Shown: piece by piece, positions 11,621-25,268 of the stretch
Position numbering within the stretch: the first letter of the stretch is position 1
Layout: every line of letters starts with the position of its first letter
DNA from: Podarcis muralis
Taxonomy: Eukaryota
Assembly: GCF_964188315.1 (NCBI RefSeq)
Contig: NC_135655.1
Location: 27,838,001 to 27,902,000, forward strand
Direction of reading: 5' to 3'
Length of the DNA stretch: 64,000 nt
Program-made: the position numbers and the translations under genes
Notes under the pieces: generated by a model
What the model saw: only the letters and a program-made list of their open reading frames with translations
What the model was told of the DNA's origin: nothing
Databases searched by the model: none

Positions 11621-13059
11621 TCAGGTGACCCTTGCAAGACTGAACTCAGTAGGGGGCCTAAATCAAGTCACTGTTGCTTAACTTTATCCTGCTTATGAGT
11701 AGTTTCTTAGGTGATAAGTGAAATGTGCTGCAGCTGCTATAATTTATTCTGACCTTGGCACAGGGCTGGAGTTGGTGCCTTCTGTGTGCCAAAGTAACTC
11801 TACTTCTTACTGAGCAACTGCTGTCTCTTCTCTCATATTCATTCCTTCTCTCCCATTCTGAAACATCATCTATGTTGTTCTCAGAATTTATGCAACTACT
11901 ACAAATTTCTTCTTACTGTTGATCTAAAGCAATGAGTTCTTTTCAAAGATGGAAAGGAAAAAGTGTGTGTGCATGTGCGTGTGTGCGTGCGTGCGTGTGT
12001 ATGGAAAATATAAGAGTGTAGAAGGAGCAAACATCTCATTTTCCATTTGGCACTTCCTACCTAGTCTATTTACTTGCAATTTCTGTTCCATCTCCTGCTT
12101 GGTAAAATGTGGAGCATAGCCTCCAAACTGTAATTTTACCATTATGATTTGCATTCCATGCATTTTTCACTCGTGTTTACTAGATGGGATTTCTCATAAT
12201 ATGCAGCATTTACTGAGCTACACAGAACTGAATCTGAGCCCGGGCACACCTCTAGACCTTGATTTCAATGCCAGGGCTCAATTCTTGTGCAAATGGAGTC
12301 AACAGTAAAAAAGAAAGCTCCTTTGAATAAGTGCAGAACAAGTGTTGAGTGCCATTCTTTTACTATAAAGTAACAGTAACCAGCTTCCACGCGCCTGGAA
12401 TGGGAAGGATATCCAGATGTGTATCATTCTCTCTCTCCCTCTCCCTCTCTCCTGCACACAAAACTCTGCCTAAGAGCCAGGCCTTTACACAATCAATGAG
12501 CTTCCCCCCCAATATATATATATATATGTGTGAATAGCATTCACAGGGGAGCCTGATCAGTTTAAGAATCACAGGGGACAAGAAGGGAGCATGTATTCCA
12601 TACAAAGGCTCCTTCCTCTGAAGCTTCTGTTTGTATCAGGAGGAAGTTCTCAATTGGCAGAAAAGACCTTTCGTTAGAAGGCCATAGAACTAATCCATGG
12701 ATGGCCAGTTGATGGCTAACCTGTCAGAACTGACAGACAATGGATGTTTGTGGCAGTCCTGGATGGAAGCAAAAGGGCCAATGGGCTTGGCTATGGCAGA
12801 GAATCAGGCCGACAATTGTATCTCTAGTGCCCTGCCATCATTTGCTCCTCTGCTTACTAGATCAGTGGCAAAATTGCAACGAGATGCAGAGAGATACATA
12901 TAGCCTCTATAATGACTCTTGGGGCCTCCTTTAATGGAAACACATGCCAAATGTTTGGCCACTAGTACAGTAACTCAGAGTTTCTTTGTGTATGTAAGCA
13001 GGGACACCCATTTGCTCCCCCACAAAAGCAAAATGACTGGGGGATAAGGATAACATTGT

Positions 13060-13210
13060 GGAGGGTGTTGGATTTAGACCAGGCAATCCCAGATTCAAAT
13101 TTCCAATTAGTTGACTTAGACGAATTGCCAACTTTCAACTTAGCCTTCCTCACAAGGATATTGTAAGGATAAAACTGGGGAAGTGTGCACTTTCAGCTTC
13201 TTTAAGGAAG
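13060..13210 (+). mobile_element. MIR-like SINE
   Basis: GTGTTGGATTTAGACCAGGCAATCCCAGATTCAAAT..CCTCACAAGGATATTGTAAGGATAAAA, similar to 10392-10530. Confidence 0.55.
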
Positions 13211-15201
13211 GAAGAAGTGAAAATGTAGCAATAACAATGTTAAAAGTAAACACTTGGCTTATATTGCATTTCAGTTTCATTCCACTTTCTCATGTTTGGC
13301 CTCATACACTCTGGAATCTGCTTACTGACCAATGAAGATGTTGACTGCTGTAATTTACAAATCAGTTAAGCCAAAGTACATACAAGTATGTATAATTTGT
13401 ATAAAGCATATGAATTATGGCCAATTTAGATAAAGTGACTTGAACGAGACTATACCATTTCACATCCCATTTCATCAGTTTAACTGAGATTATCTCTAGG
13501 CTGTGAGAAAATTTCCTTCTGAGTCTCCTGGGCCTTCTAGTCATGAAACCTTTTCTGGTAAAAGGTCACACCATTTTCAAATAATAACTTATCATAAGAA
13601 CTTGAGAACTGCACTGGTGAATCAGACTAAGGAGGATCGATTCCAGCGTTCTGTTTTCCACCATTGGAAGCCAGATGCCTCAGGAGACTGACAGGCAGGG
13701 CCAAAGAAGGCAATGGCCAATTTCTGAGCCCAGTATCAAGTTACTCACTTTGCGGTGAAGTTCCTTCAAGCTAAGCTTGGTTAAGAACTTGGGGAGCTCA
13801 TTAAAGCCTGTCTCACATGAGAGAAAAGATGGCAAAGTTTCCTGATTTCTTCTTCAGCTCAGGCCCAAATCCAAGCTGAAGAAGAATTCCTATCTTTGTA
13901 ATTCCACAGTACATAATTCTGCAGACCCAGACAGGAGAGTATCTGAGAGGCCACACACCATCAGAAGATATCCCAGCAAGGATGGAGCGATTAACCTATT
14001 TCCGATCCATGTCAATTCCACATCACCCTGCATTTCCCTGTCACAAACCACATGAAAAGCTGTGGGTTTTGTACAGTCTTTTGAGCCAACTATATTGAGC
14101 CAACACACATTAGTCTAAAATCTGCATATTTACGTGCATTTTGGGGGCTAAATGCATTGCACAATTTGGGGAAGTGCAAACACTGGATAACAGTCCTTAG
14201 ATCTACAGTACATATGAATTTGGAAAGCACAAATCAGGATGATGTGGAGTGAATGAAATTCTTGAGCATCCCACATTCATGTCCAAGAGCCTTAGTGAAG
14301 TCTCCAAAATAAAACTTATCCAGATGTTCACATCAACCCAGAAGGGGAGGGCATTGCTTTTTAAAGGCAAGCTCCCACAAACCTTTTAGTGTGGGAAAGG
14401 ATGGGCTAATAGCTAACTTAATCTTTTCCAGCAAGGTTACTGACATGCTTCTGAAAGTAAACCAGGGCTCTAAACATATGGGGATTCATTCATTAGTCTG
14501 GGGTTTAGGGTATTGTGACTAATGGAACAAATTCTGCCCCATAAATAGCCGGTGTTCTAAGAAGGAATGCCTAACAAGATTTTTAAATGAGTAGCCTTCA
14601 TTTTGGTGCCTATCGTCTTTCATGGGAAACATTCATCTATTGACGTCTTCAATTCTTCAATGAGTAGCAGATTCCTTGTATAATTGTTGCTTCAGCCTCA
14701 CTCTCCCGCACCCAAGTAATTTAACAAATTGCATTCTGTTTCCCTGTGACTGGAAACTTCCGAGATCACAGTGTTTGCACCCAATGTACATTTTGTTGAC
14801 TGATGTACTTAGATAAGCTCTCTTTTAACACTCTGGCAAAGCAAACCCTGAATTTCTGTGTGGATACTGTATTCTTTTTGTTGTTGTAGGTTTTTGTTCA
14901 AAAATAAGGTAAGCTCTGCAGTTCAGGATCAATGGGTGTATAATACACAGGCAAATACCTTGCTCAAATGCAGTGTTCACATGGAAAAGAAAGAAGATGT
15001 CATTTACTTGTGCTCTCATAGGGTTGTTTTTTTTTAAAAGGTAGTGGGATCCTTAAGTTTTAAATCCCGAAACTCGCCTCTTTAAGCAGCGGTTTTGGTA
15101 CCTGTAGAAGCAGTTAGTTTGTGTAACTTCATCAGCAGTTTGATCTGCAGAAATGAGCAGGCGAAGCATTACTTGATATGATTATAAGAAGGACCACCAA
15201 C

Positions 15202-15600
15202 TAGGGATAGGTGAATCTGTCAATTTCAGTTTCTCTCGGTTCCCTTTTCCACTCTTAAGTTCAGGTTTCCACACCTCCAGAGCAGTATGTGAATTTTCTC
15301 CCTAAAGTCTTCATAACAATTCACCAGCATTTTAATGAAAACTTCTCACAATATAAACATTTTTGCATGCAATTTTGCACAGCACAAACATTTTTGCAAA
15401 GCAGTTCCCCCTAATATAATGCAGTACTGTACTGTATGATTTGTACCAAGATATGCATTTTATGTGCACTCTACCCTGCACATGGCTGGAGAACTGCATT
15501 GCAAAATTCAGAGAAGTACAAATTTCATAAGGTGCTTTGGTCTGTGTAATGCTTTCTGGAAAGTGCGAATTGGGGACATTCGCCTTAAATGTGAACTAAA
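15202..15600 (+). mobile_element. Ancient non-autonomous DNA transposon (TAGGGATGGG-terminus family)
   Basis: Starts TAGGGATAGGTGAATCTGTC; GGAGAACTGCATTGCAAAATT shared with 18900-19198; related to 55418-55824. Confidence 0.6.
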
Positions 15601-16332
15601 TGGAGACACTGACTGGTTCATACAGAGTGAGGAGCAGGGCTATGAAGAAAGTTAGCTACCTAAAGTATTCAGCTACCAATGCACCGATTAGTATGTGTTC
15701 CTTCCTCTTCTTCTTCCATGACTGAGAATTCAGGTTGGAGGGGCACACCACTAATAGGTTTGCAAAATCCTGTCCTGCATGGAACTCTTAACCCCTTTAG
15801 AGCGAGAGCAGATGAAAATGTGATGAAAAGCAGGTTTCTATCCCATTCCACAAAGCTGTTCACTGGGAGAGTGGTTAACCAATGAGGTACCTGCCAGAAT
15901 TCTATGCTGCTTTTGTCAGCCTCAACCAGCATGGTGAATAGTCATGCATAGTCAGTCCACAAGCTTGAGAGATGCTTGTCAGGCACCATCATTATAAATC
16001 TGTAGGTGCCAGCCAAAACATTCCTTTTTTGCCAGGGCTTTGATTTATTTTATTTTTTTATTGCTTTTTCGAAATAACAAGGAGTAATAACCCCCATCTC
16101 CAACCTTACCCCCTTCCCTCAGCCATCCTTCAAACAAGGGTTCATTAGGCCTTTAACGTAAAATTGCTTCCATGAGTAGGTGGGATGTTTTAATTCAAGT
16201 TAGTTGTTTTTTTTAAAGAAATTGTTCCTTCATTTCCCCCACTTCTATGCCAATTTCAATGTACAGTATTCATTCATTGATATATTGTATGTCACTTTGA
16301 CTTATCTTTTTGGGAAAAGAGCAATAAATTAT

Positions 16333-16381
16333 AACAACAACAACAACAACAACAACAGCAACAACAACAACAACAACAACA
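16333..16381. repeat. (CAA)n microsatellite
   Basis: Direct reading; one CAG interruption. Confidence 0.97.
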
Positions 16382-17394
16382 AACAACACTTTTCTCTCTC
16401 CTGAAACTGCTCTGTGAATGTTTGTGTGTAGTGGTGTTTGTTACATGCATTTGTATGTAACATTGATTCTGGCCTTTTTGTAAACTCATCCTAGCAACGC
16501 TCCCTTTACTTTCCTCATCTTTGCCTATTTATTTTGTCCCTCGATTTCTCTGCTCATCCCTGTTATCTCACATCCTATCCTCCCAATGTCTTTCCTCTAT
16601 CACTTAGTTGTCCTTCTCCACTTCACATATTCCTCCCCTCCCCTTATAATCTAAGTTACCTCCGCAGAGAGGATTTTGCAGCTGCTGCAAACTTGGTTAA
16701 GGTTTGAGAGGTTATAAACAGGCTCCAAAGTCAATGAATTTGAATGTTTGAGAAGAAAACATGGTTTTAAACATGTGCCTGTTAGGAAGGTATCTGGGGG
16801 ACTGCTATTTAGATGCAATCAGGAAGAAAGCTGGCTGTGAAAACATTAGCTTTGCATTGAGAATGAATATAACTAGAATATAACTATAGTAAACAAAAAT
16901 AAGCCAGCCAAATACAACGTTGAAGCCTGTTGATAGATGATATACCTTCCTTCTCTGCTCTCCTCTCTCTCATTCAGAAACTATGCCAACACCAGTTGAC
17001 CTGATGCAGGGCAAGTCCTGTATGAATCCAGGATGGGGAATTATCCGTGATCTGATGGATGAGTGCCACTCTCATGGGAAGCAGACATGTAAATGAAACT
17101 AGGGCATAGATGTGCAAATTTGTACATGTATGTTTATACATATACATTTCCGACATTGTTATTTTCACACCAAGGACCGTGTCCCAAATCTCCACTCACA
17201 GTCATTATATATTGCTAGAATGCTAGAAGCTCTTATCTGCTTCTGATCATTTGGTTAGCCCTGTAGAAGGCTAGTAGCAAAAATAAGATACAAAACTGTA
17301 CTATATTAGGGGGTTTATTATTATTTTCCAAATAAAATGTGTGTAATAGGTTGACCACACAGATTGAAATAATAGCAGCTTATTTATTAGGAGA

Positions 17395-17755
17395 GGGACG
17401 CGGGTGGCGCTGTGGGTAAAACCTCAGTGCCTAGGACTTGCCGATCGTAAGGTCAGCGGTTCGAATCCCCGTGGCGGGGTGAGCTCCCGTCGTTTGGTCC
17501 CAGCTCCTGCCCACCTAGCAGTTCGAAAGCACCCCTAAGTGCAAGTAGATAAATAGGTACCGCTTTATAGCGGGAAGGTAAACGGCGTTTCCGTGTGCGG
17601 CGCTGGTGCTGGCTCGCCAGCTGCAGCTTCGTCCCGCTGGCCACGTGACCCAGAAGTGTCTTCGGACAGCGCTGGCTCCCGGCCTCTTAAGCGAGATGTG
17701 CGCGCAACCCTAGAGTCGGACACGACCGGCCCGTACGGGCAGGGGTACCTTTACC
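17395..17755 (+). mobile_element. Sauria SINE (subtype A, CpG-rich/young)
   Basis: Full length; ends CCGTACGGGCAGGGGTACCTTTACC; 13-bp TSD TATTTATTAGGAG. Confidence 0.97.
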
Positions 17756-18759
17756 TATTTATTAGGAGCAGAAAATCCTGCCTTGGTGCTAGTGGCTGGG
17801 ATGTTATTTTCTCCTGTTTATGACTAGTGCTATCCTGAAAGCATGTACCATGTTCACGATGGGCCTCAGTTCCTAAAGGACTCACATTCTAAGTAAGATT
17901 CAAGCACCATAATCATCTCATGGAACTGTGTGTTGCCTCAGAATGCATGTGTAAGACTGCTTGCTGGGGGGGGGGGATCCTGCATGGCAAAGACCAGGGT
18001 GTGAGGCAACTTTAAAACAAGCAATCCTTCAACCTGCATTCTGATTTAGTAGAGCCCTTGAGAAAACTGCGCTAGCATGGGTGAAATGGGCTCTTCTAGG
18101 AGCAGGGATCATGAGAATCAGAGTGGGGGGAAAGAGAAGGAAAGAAAGCCTGCATTCATGACAGTTAAAAAGGCTTTTTTAAAAAAATTCTGAGCATGTC
18201 AGTCATCTTCACACTTCATGCCTTTGGGGAATGTTTTCTGCATGGGAACACTCTCTGTCATTTAATCCCTGCACCCTGGAGAGGATTTGGGGCATGCTTT
18301 AGGATCTATGCAAACTTAGTTGACACAGGGCACCAGGCAGTTCTGTTGGGCCTAGCCACTGCCCCACATGAATAGAGAGTGTACCCCAGAATGGTCCCAA
18401 CACCCCCCCCATGGCTACATGATGTAGGGAAGGTTTTCAAATGGACTTTCTTTTAACATAAATTGATGGAGAAAGGTCGCTGGTGGGCAGCGAAGGACGT
18501 AGTCCCAAGCAAAATCCCCAGAATCTCCAGTTTTGTTTTGTTTGTTTGTTCTTTAAAAAGGATGCCAGTTTTGTTTTTCCATGTTACAGGGGTGCCAACT
18601 TGCCCCCAGGATTGTTGCTGCAATGTGGATGTGCAATGTCACATGCACATGCCTGCTCATATTGTGTGTGATGTCACACGCGTTATGGGCAGGCATGTGT
18701 GTGTGATGTCGCATGTCCATGTTGCAGTGGTTCTTCTTCCTCCTCCTCTCCGCAGCCAG

Positions 18760-18882
18760 CGAGGCATCCTTTTCTGCACACGCTCCTGCAGCCAATCGGA
18801 AGCTGCACCTTGGTTTTTGAATGGTTCCGTGAGTCGAACGGACTCCTGTAACGCATTCTGTTTGAGAACCAAGGTACGACTG
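18760..18882. mobile_element. Right half of a Tigger-like MITE (family of 1788-2032)
   Basis: GCAGCCAATCGGAAGC..AACCAAGGTACGACTG+TA matches the right half of 1788-2032. Confidence 0.75.
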
Positions 18883-18899
18883 TATTTTTTCCCCCCCCA

Positions 18900-19198
18900 T
18901 GGCAAATTCATCAGCATTTTAGTGTGAATTGCTCCTAATGTAGACATTTTACATGCCACATCTTCGCATAGCATCAAATTTTTCTATGCTATTTTCACTA
19001 ATATGTGTACTTCAATGTATATCCTTCTTATATGCATTTTTGTGCACATTACTTGGCTTGGGAACTGCATTGCAAAATTAGGAGAGGTGGAAATTTCAGA
19101 GGATAGTTGTGGTTCAGTCTGCATATTGTTTTAGACAGGGTGTGTTAAGTAGGTTCACCTTTAAATGCAAACTGAATCCAATTTCTCCTCCATCTCTT
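18900..19198 (+). mobile_element. Ancient DNA transposon fragment (family of 15202-15600)
   Basis: CAGCATTTTAGTGTGAATT..GGAACTGCATTGCAAAATT..AGGTTCACCTTTAAATGCAAACTGAAT. Confidence 0.6.
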
Positions 19199-21825
19199 CT
19201 CATAGGGGGGAAAGTAGCCACATAAATATACCTTTAGAACTGATGCGATAAGTTGCTCAGTGCTTCTTTTCTATTTCTCGCATCAACCTGAGTTTCTTCA
19301 GAATGTTCATGTGACTTGCTGTAGTATAAGTATGTGTGGCCAAGAAACTGGAACGAAGGAAGATTGCTAAGTCTCTGTGTGCCTTAGAATGCTGTCGTTG
19401 CAGTTCTCTTTTCTCAGAAAGCCCAGAAAAGCTAAGTCTTGCTATTCAAGAGATTGCAAAAGGAAAACTGCTTAATGTAACAGTGGTGGTCCTGGTAATC
19501 TTAGATGTATTTTTTTTATTAAACATCTGTACACCGACTATTGGCAGGGACAATATTGTATTTACAAAAACTGCTTGAGGAAGCTTTTCTAAAAATCTGA
19601 GTTGTGTGTTTTTTCTCTCTAGCAGTGGGAGATTTTAATCATGCTGCAGATTTCACACTCAACAGAAATCACAAAGCATCCAGTTTTGGCTGAGCTCATC
19701 TAGTCTTAACAGCATATAGAAAATGTCTGCAGCTAAACAGGAAGACACCAGGATGATATGACATAAAAAATAATAATAATCTTGCTTCATTATTTCAATA
19801 AGATTTAAACCAAATCTGCATAAAGGTGTGGTTCCAAAAATCATGTCAAGCTGCATAGAGTTAGGAGATCATCTGCCTTTGCTTCCCAGGCTTTCTTATA
19901 AAAGAAACAAGAGAGAGAGAGATTTGTTTTTCGTTTAGCGCATTTTGGCTCAATTCTGTAGAGAAGATTCACCTGTTGAGAGATCTTGGTGCCATTCTAC
20001 TGGTGGAGATGGAGCTGTGTTGACGTAATGACACTTCTGCCCGTGGAACTCCTCTGGCATGACCTCTGCCTATCCGGATCCTAAAGGGCTTAGGTGGGGT
20101 AAAACTTGCAAAGGGTTAAAATGAACAGATTTTATTTAGTATTAAGACCCATAACTATACAAAACAATATAGAAATTGCCCACAAAGTTCTAAACGCGAA
20201 AGTAACTTAACACACAAGCAATGCAACAGCCTCTTTCGGTGGAAAAAGCGGACTCCTGCTTGAAAACTTTGTAGTCAAATGGTCCAATCTTTGCTTTATT
20301 TAATCCACCAAGGTGGCAGATACTTCAAAGCTGCTTTTTTGCAAACAGCTTTAGTCCCATAACAAATGGCAAACTTTACCATTCAAAGGAACTAGCCCTG
20401 TAATCATAATATAACAAATAGCACCAGATACACAGGAACTGATTGCACTTCCCTTTGCTCCTTAACTATACATGCACATGCATTTAGTTTACCTTATACA
20501 AGGTGATAAGAAGCCAGAAATATTATTCAGCTCTTCAAGAGAAAAAGCTTTAAGTTCCCTCCATCTAGTTCTCCACTAAGTGATTCCACCCTACTAAACA
20601 AGACCTTATTGTTACGTTCAAGTTACTAAAAAGGAGATCTAGCTATAATATTAACAAAGGTTTTAGAAAAGATCATCCTTAAAGCTCACTGAACATCATT
20701 TGCAGTCCCTTACTTAACAGAATTCATAAGAAAGGTACCGTATCTCTCTGATAATGACCCTGGTCGATTGTACACAATGGTGTTTGGGGAAAGTGGGATT
20801 TAGCTTTCCATCCTTAATTATTATTTTTTGCCAATCATCTGAATCCTCTGTGCCTGAAGTGTGATTCCTTCCCTAATCCCTGCTTCATGCATAACTGCAT
20901 ACCAGATAGGACCAACCAGTTTGAGTAGCCCCATCTCTTTCAGAGGAAAAAATGCTTGTTGTGGAAAATTAGTAGCTGTTATATCTTGAGGCAAGGAAGT
21001 TTAGACTGCTTGTAAACCGTTTCTGTCTGATATTAGCGGATGCATGGCTTACAGGAAGAAAAAATCCACTTTGGCTACAACTGAGCTCGTGACTTTGTTA
21101 ATTGGTGTACAACAAATCATTTATTTATGCTGGTTGTTGCTTAAAAGACTCCTAGTCTGCCCTCGGATTTACAATCTAAGAGACATGGCACAAAAGTGAT
21201 TGAGATGAGAGGGAGGAAGAAAACTGCAAATTGGGCGCTAGCTCTAAGTTACAAAATAATGATCAATTATCAGAAGTTTCTATACTTGTATGTTCATACC
21301 TGCCTATATCTCTAGTACAGCAATGGATTTCCAAACAACTTTTGTGGGCCTGTGGTTTTTTAAAAAAACACATTGCCTTCTAGCCCACAACTGTGCGTTA
21401 GGTATAAACACAGTGCAAGACTAACACCTAATTTTCAAAGTGGAAATAATGAAAATGTAAGCCTGTCCTCTATGCCCTTCCATTGGGAACGATGAGTAAC
21501 GATGGAAACAATCATAAGTGTGGGAAACCAGTATAAATTATGCTTAATTTACACTGGGTTGCCAGGTCATATGACTGAGTTAAATGGATTCATGATCCAG
21601 CCTAAATTTCTGCCCACCCTGGTTCTGCCCCTCCAGCTCCCTCAAAATGTCCCCTTTCCAGGGCTTACACTGCTTTAAGATCTTCCAGCCTTAGCTTAGT
21701 CGTCTGAGCACTGTCTGAGCCAAGATGGGGAACTTAGGCTGGCATAGCTGGATTAGCTAGGAACCAGCCAGCCAAGCCAAATATCTGCCATATTTGAACT
21801 TGCTCACCTTGGTGGATCCAGGGTT

Positions 21826-22144
21826 AAAAAGGTAAAGGTACCCCTTCCCGTACGGTCCAGTCTTGACAGACTCTAGGGTTGTGCGCCCACCTCACTCAAG
21901 AGGCCGGGGGCCAGCGCTGTCCGGAGACACTTCCGGGTCACGTGGCCAGCGTTACATCGCTGCTCTGGTGAGCCAGAGCCGCACACGGAAACGCCGTTTA
22001 CCTTCCCGCTAGTAAGCGGTCCCTATTTATCTACTTGCACCCGGGAGTGCTTTCGAACTGCTAGGTTGGCAGGCGCTGGGACCAAACAACGGGAGCGCAC
22101 CCCGCCGCGGGGATTCGAACCGCCGACCTTTCGATCTGCAAGCC
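21826..22144 (-). mobile_element. Sauria SINE (subtype A), 5'-truncated
   Basis: AAGGTAAAGGTACCCC..CCGTACGG tail through GGATTCGAACCGCCGACC; head missing. Confidence 0.95.
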
Positions 22145-23259
22145 TTTTATTAGAGAACAGTGCTTAATATTGCTGGGATCTGAACTGACATGCAAATAAA
22201 ATATAGAAAAATCTGGAATCAGCAGGAATTTGGTTTGGGTACAGATATAAATCTTATAAAATATTCTGCGCAGACCTACAAAAGCAGAATTAAGGATAAA
22301 GACATAATTTCCCCTGCATGTGATTATTAGGATTCAGAATGTTGAGAGAAAGGGAGAGCAAGTCCAGTGCTGTCAGCCAGAATAGCAATTGCTCTATGCT
22401 GAAGGCAGTTTTAGACCTTGTCTTCAGGTAGTGTAGAATGCCTGCACTCCAATAACAATACTGGCTCCCTAGAAAGAAAGCTCTTCTTTATTATTGAGCT
22501 TTGAAAATGAGACGGCAATATTCTGGCTAAATGTTCTACCTTCCAGAGTCATCAATGGCACAAGAGGTATTATCTTTATTAATTGATGCTAAACTGGACG
22601 TGAAACATGGGAACAGGGCCATCCCTCAGTGTTCTAGATCCCCTGTGCAGCCAATTTTTGCTGTTTTTCACCCCTTTCTTTCTTTCTTGCATTCATTAGT
22701 TGATATTTGGGAAACGGGATACAACCGATTGCAAAATATGCCACTGGCTGTGATTGTAAGCAGACATATTTGAAACTTTTATCTGAAACTTACCGAACTC
22801 AGCCAGACTTTCTTTCAAGAAAATGCATTTAGGAGCAGGGTGCTGATCTTATGCAATTTGCTAAGCGCCTGTGTTGATGATTGCCAATAGCTGCTATTCG
22901 TTACACTGCGGCTTCCCCCTACCCTCCTCCAATGCAGTGTTTGTTATTGCATCTGGTCCAAAATCATTTCAGCAACTCTATCAAATTTGATTAGGTTATA
23001 TAAAGGGAGCTTCTGTGCCTTAAAATGCACTGGGGCACATGCTGAGCACCGCGGGGGTGGGGGTGCTGGGGAGGTTTCTTAAATGTGGTGTTATAAGCCA
23101 CACTTCAGCTGACCTTTTCACTTCTTTGCTCTATATTGCTCTTGATTTTCCTTCCTAACCTATTAGGTATCTTACAACGTAATGTGTATAGCAGAGCTTT
23201 GATGTGTGATGACAGGGAGGGAAGTGAAAGGGAGCAAACAGGGGGATGTGAAAAGGAAA

Positions 23260-23261
<2 letters not shown>

Positions 23262-23320
<59 letters not shown>
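23262..23320. repeat. Compound (GT)n(GA)n microsatellite
   Basis: Direct reading. Confidence 0.97.
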
Positions 23321-24308
23321 ATGCATATTAAATTCTCAGCATTGTCTCTAAATCAGAATCTGCATGCTAACTTGAACATTTCCAGATAGAAAAAAATTAT
23401 TGTGTGTTGGGAATACTAAGAGAGTACCTTAGAATATAAACCAAAGCCTTGTTGACTTATGCAAAACTCTAGGGAATTTTGTGATACAATACTGGTTGGT
23501 GCCAGTATATGATAACTACTAGGTTAACTAGGATAACTACTAGTTCTCTTACCCAGCACCTGAAGGAAGTTTTCTTCAACTAAGGATCAAATTTCCACCA
23601 ATCCCATAATTAGCTGCAGAGATAGAGCTTCTGGGCAAGAAACAAAACTTATTTTTTCCCTGTGATAAGCCTCCTTAAATAGCTTTGGCTCTTGTATCTG
23701 ATTCCTAAAGAATCAGGATAAATACTACCTGTGAGAAGAGAGAGTCCATCTTCCCTTCAGGGAAACAAATCTGCTTGTCATGTGATGCTTGTAGGGCCCA
23801 AGTCCTTTCTAGGAGAGTGGGAGGCCTGAGGCGCTGTCTCTTCATTTCACACCTACCATTTTTCTCAGTTAAGGGTGTAATCTTTGTCAGTGTTGATGTG
23901 CCTCCCCTCCATGTGAAGCCCGAAGCCATTGGCCCCACCAACGAAAAATGAACAAAGCCAAATAGTTGATTTCCAACTATTTCTTCTAAACACTTCCATA
24001 TGAACTACCCATATGCCGAGATCTTCCTTGGAGGCTTCTGCTTTATATGTCCCCACAGTTTAGTAGCTGCCAGGCCTGTGCAGCGCCTTCTTTGGAATGG
24101 CACCAAAGCCACAAAACTCCTTCCTTGGGGATGTTTGCTTCTTTACTAGACTGGAGACGCCAGACATAGGTGGCCTTCTTCCAGAGGGCTTCTGGATTCC
24201 TCTGGTTGGCTTTCTCTCTCATTTCTGCTCATTAATAGGGTATTCAATTTTTCAGGATGTGCTTTTGATGTGACACAAGACTCTAGACTGCCATTTATTT
24301 ATTTAAAG

Positions 24309-24616
24309 CAGGGGTGGGCAATCTCAGGCCCAGGGGCCAAATGCTTCTGGCCCTCAGGACTCTCTTCAGACCACATCCCATCACCAGCCCTTCTCAAGCT
24401 TTGTGTTTCATTCCTGCCCTGATTGGAATGTGTCTTTGAACTATGACAATGCCCCTTATTTGATTGGATAGAGGATTGAGAGATGAGTGTGTGTGCTTTT
24501 CTATAGGGGTGGGATGTTATTTACTGTAAATAAGAGTTGCATCAGACACTCTGCTCATTTTTGCCTCTGGCTCTTCCGATCATGGGCATGAACCTCCAAC
24601 ACATTCTCCACCCCTC
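24309..24616. mobile_element. hAT non-autonomous element
   Basis: Perfect 8-bp TSD ATTTAAAG (24301-08, 24617-24); TIRs CAGGGGTGGGCAA / TTCTCCACCCCTC. Confidence 0.85.
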
Positions 24617-24796
24617 ATTTAAAGCATGTTTATTCTGTTCTTCAGTTGGAAAATGCTTCCAGAATGGCTCGTGAATATCAACAATAAAGGGAGAAAAGGT
24701 GGCAGGGGCAAACTCAGATACCCGTTCTTAGCTAATAGTTCTTTTAGTGACCTGAAGGAATGGAAAGATTTGGAGAGGAGTACTCTCATTTTCTCT

Positions 24797-25156
24797 GGGG
24801 ACACGGGTGGCGCTGTGGGTAAAAGCCTCAGCGCCTAGGGCTTGCCGATCGAAAGGTCGCGGTTCGAATCCCCGTGGCGGGGTGCGCTCCTGTTGTTCGG
24901 TCCCAGCGCCTGCCAACCTAGCAGTTTGAAAGCACCCCCGGGTGCAAATAGATAAATAGGGACCGCTTACCAGCGGGAAGGTAAACGGCGTTTCCGTGTG
25001 CAGCTCTGGCTCACCAGATGCAGCTTTGTCACGCTGGCCACGTGACCCGGAAGTGTCTCCAGACAGCGCTGGCCCCCGGCCTATAGAGTGAGATGGGCGC
25101 ACAACCCTAGAGTCTGTCAAGACTGGCCCGTACGGGCAGGGGTACCTTTACCTTTT
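24797..25156 (+). mobile_element. Sauria SINE (subtype A) inserted into a hAT MITE
   Basis: Full length; 13-bp TSD TACTCTCATTTTC (24781-93, 25157-69). Confidence 0.97.
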
Positions 25157-25268
25157 TACTCTCATTTTCCTACTCATATTGAAATACTGCCCCTCAATGA
25201 GGCCAAACCTAGATTCACAAAATGTTTAGGGGTATGCGTACCCCTGCGCCCCCCGAAGAAAGCTCTGA
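25157..25268. mobile_element. Right part of a hAT MITE (family of 2641-2786)
   Basis: CTCATATTGAAATACTGCCCCTCAATGAGGCCAAAC..GAAGAAAGCTCTG. Confidence 0.85.

Noticed and set aside
18463-18927. 154-aa ORF
   Set aside because: Runs across TE fragments and GT-rich low-complexity sequence; no recognisable domain.
19409-19486. Possible exon ESPEKLSLAIQEIAKGKLLNVTVVVL
   Set aside because: Weak donor (GTAATC), no recognisable protein and no partner exons.
20305-20321. CTCF-like CCACCAAGGTGGCAG
   Set aside because: One extra base breaks the core spacing of CCACYAGRKGGC.
23511-23543. 12-bp direct repeat GATAACTACTAG
   Set aside because: Only 9 bp apart; consistent with replication slippage.
23864-23950. 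Plus-strand segment VKGVIFVSVDVPPLHVKPEAIGPTNEK* after a TTTTCTCAG acceptor
   Set aside because: Reads like a terminal exon, but I recognise no homolog, partner exons or polyA support.
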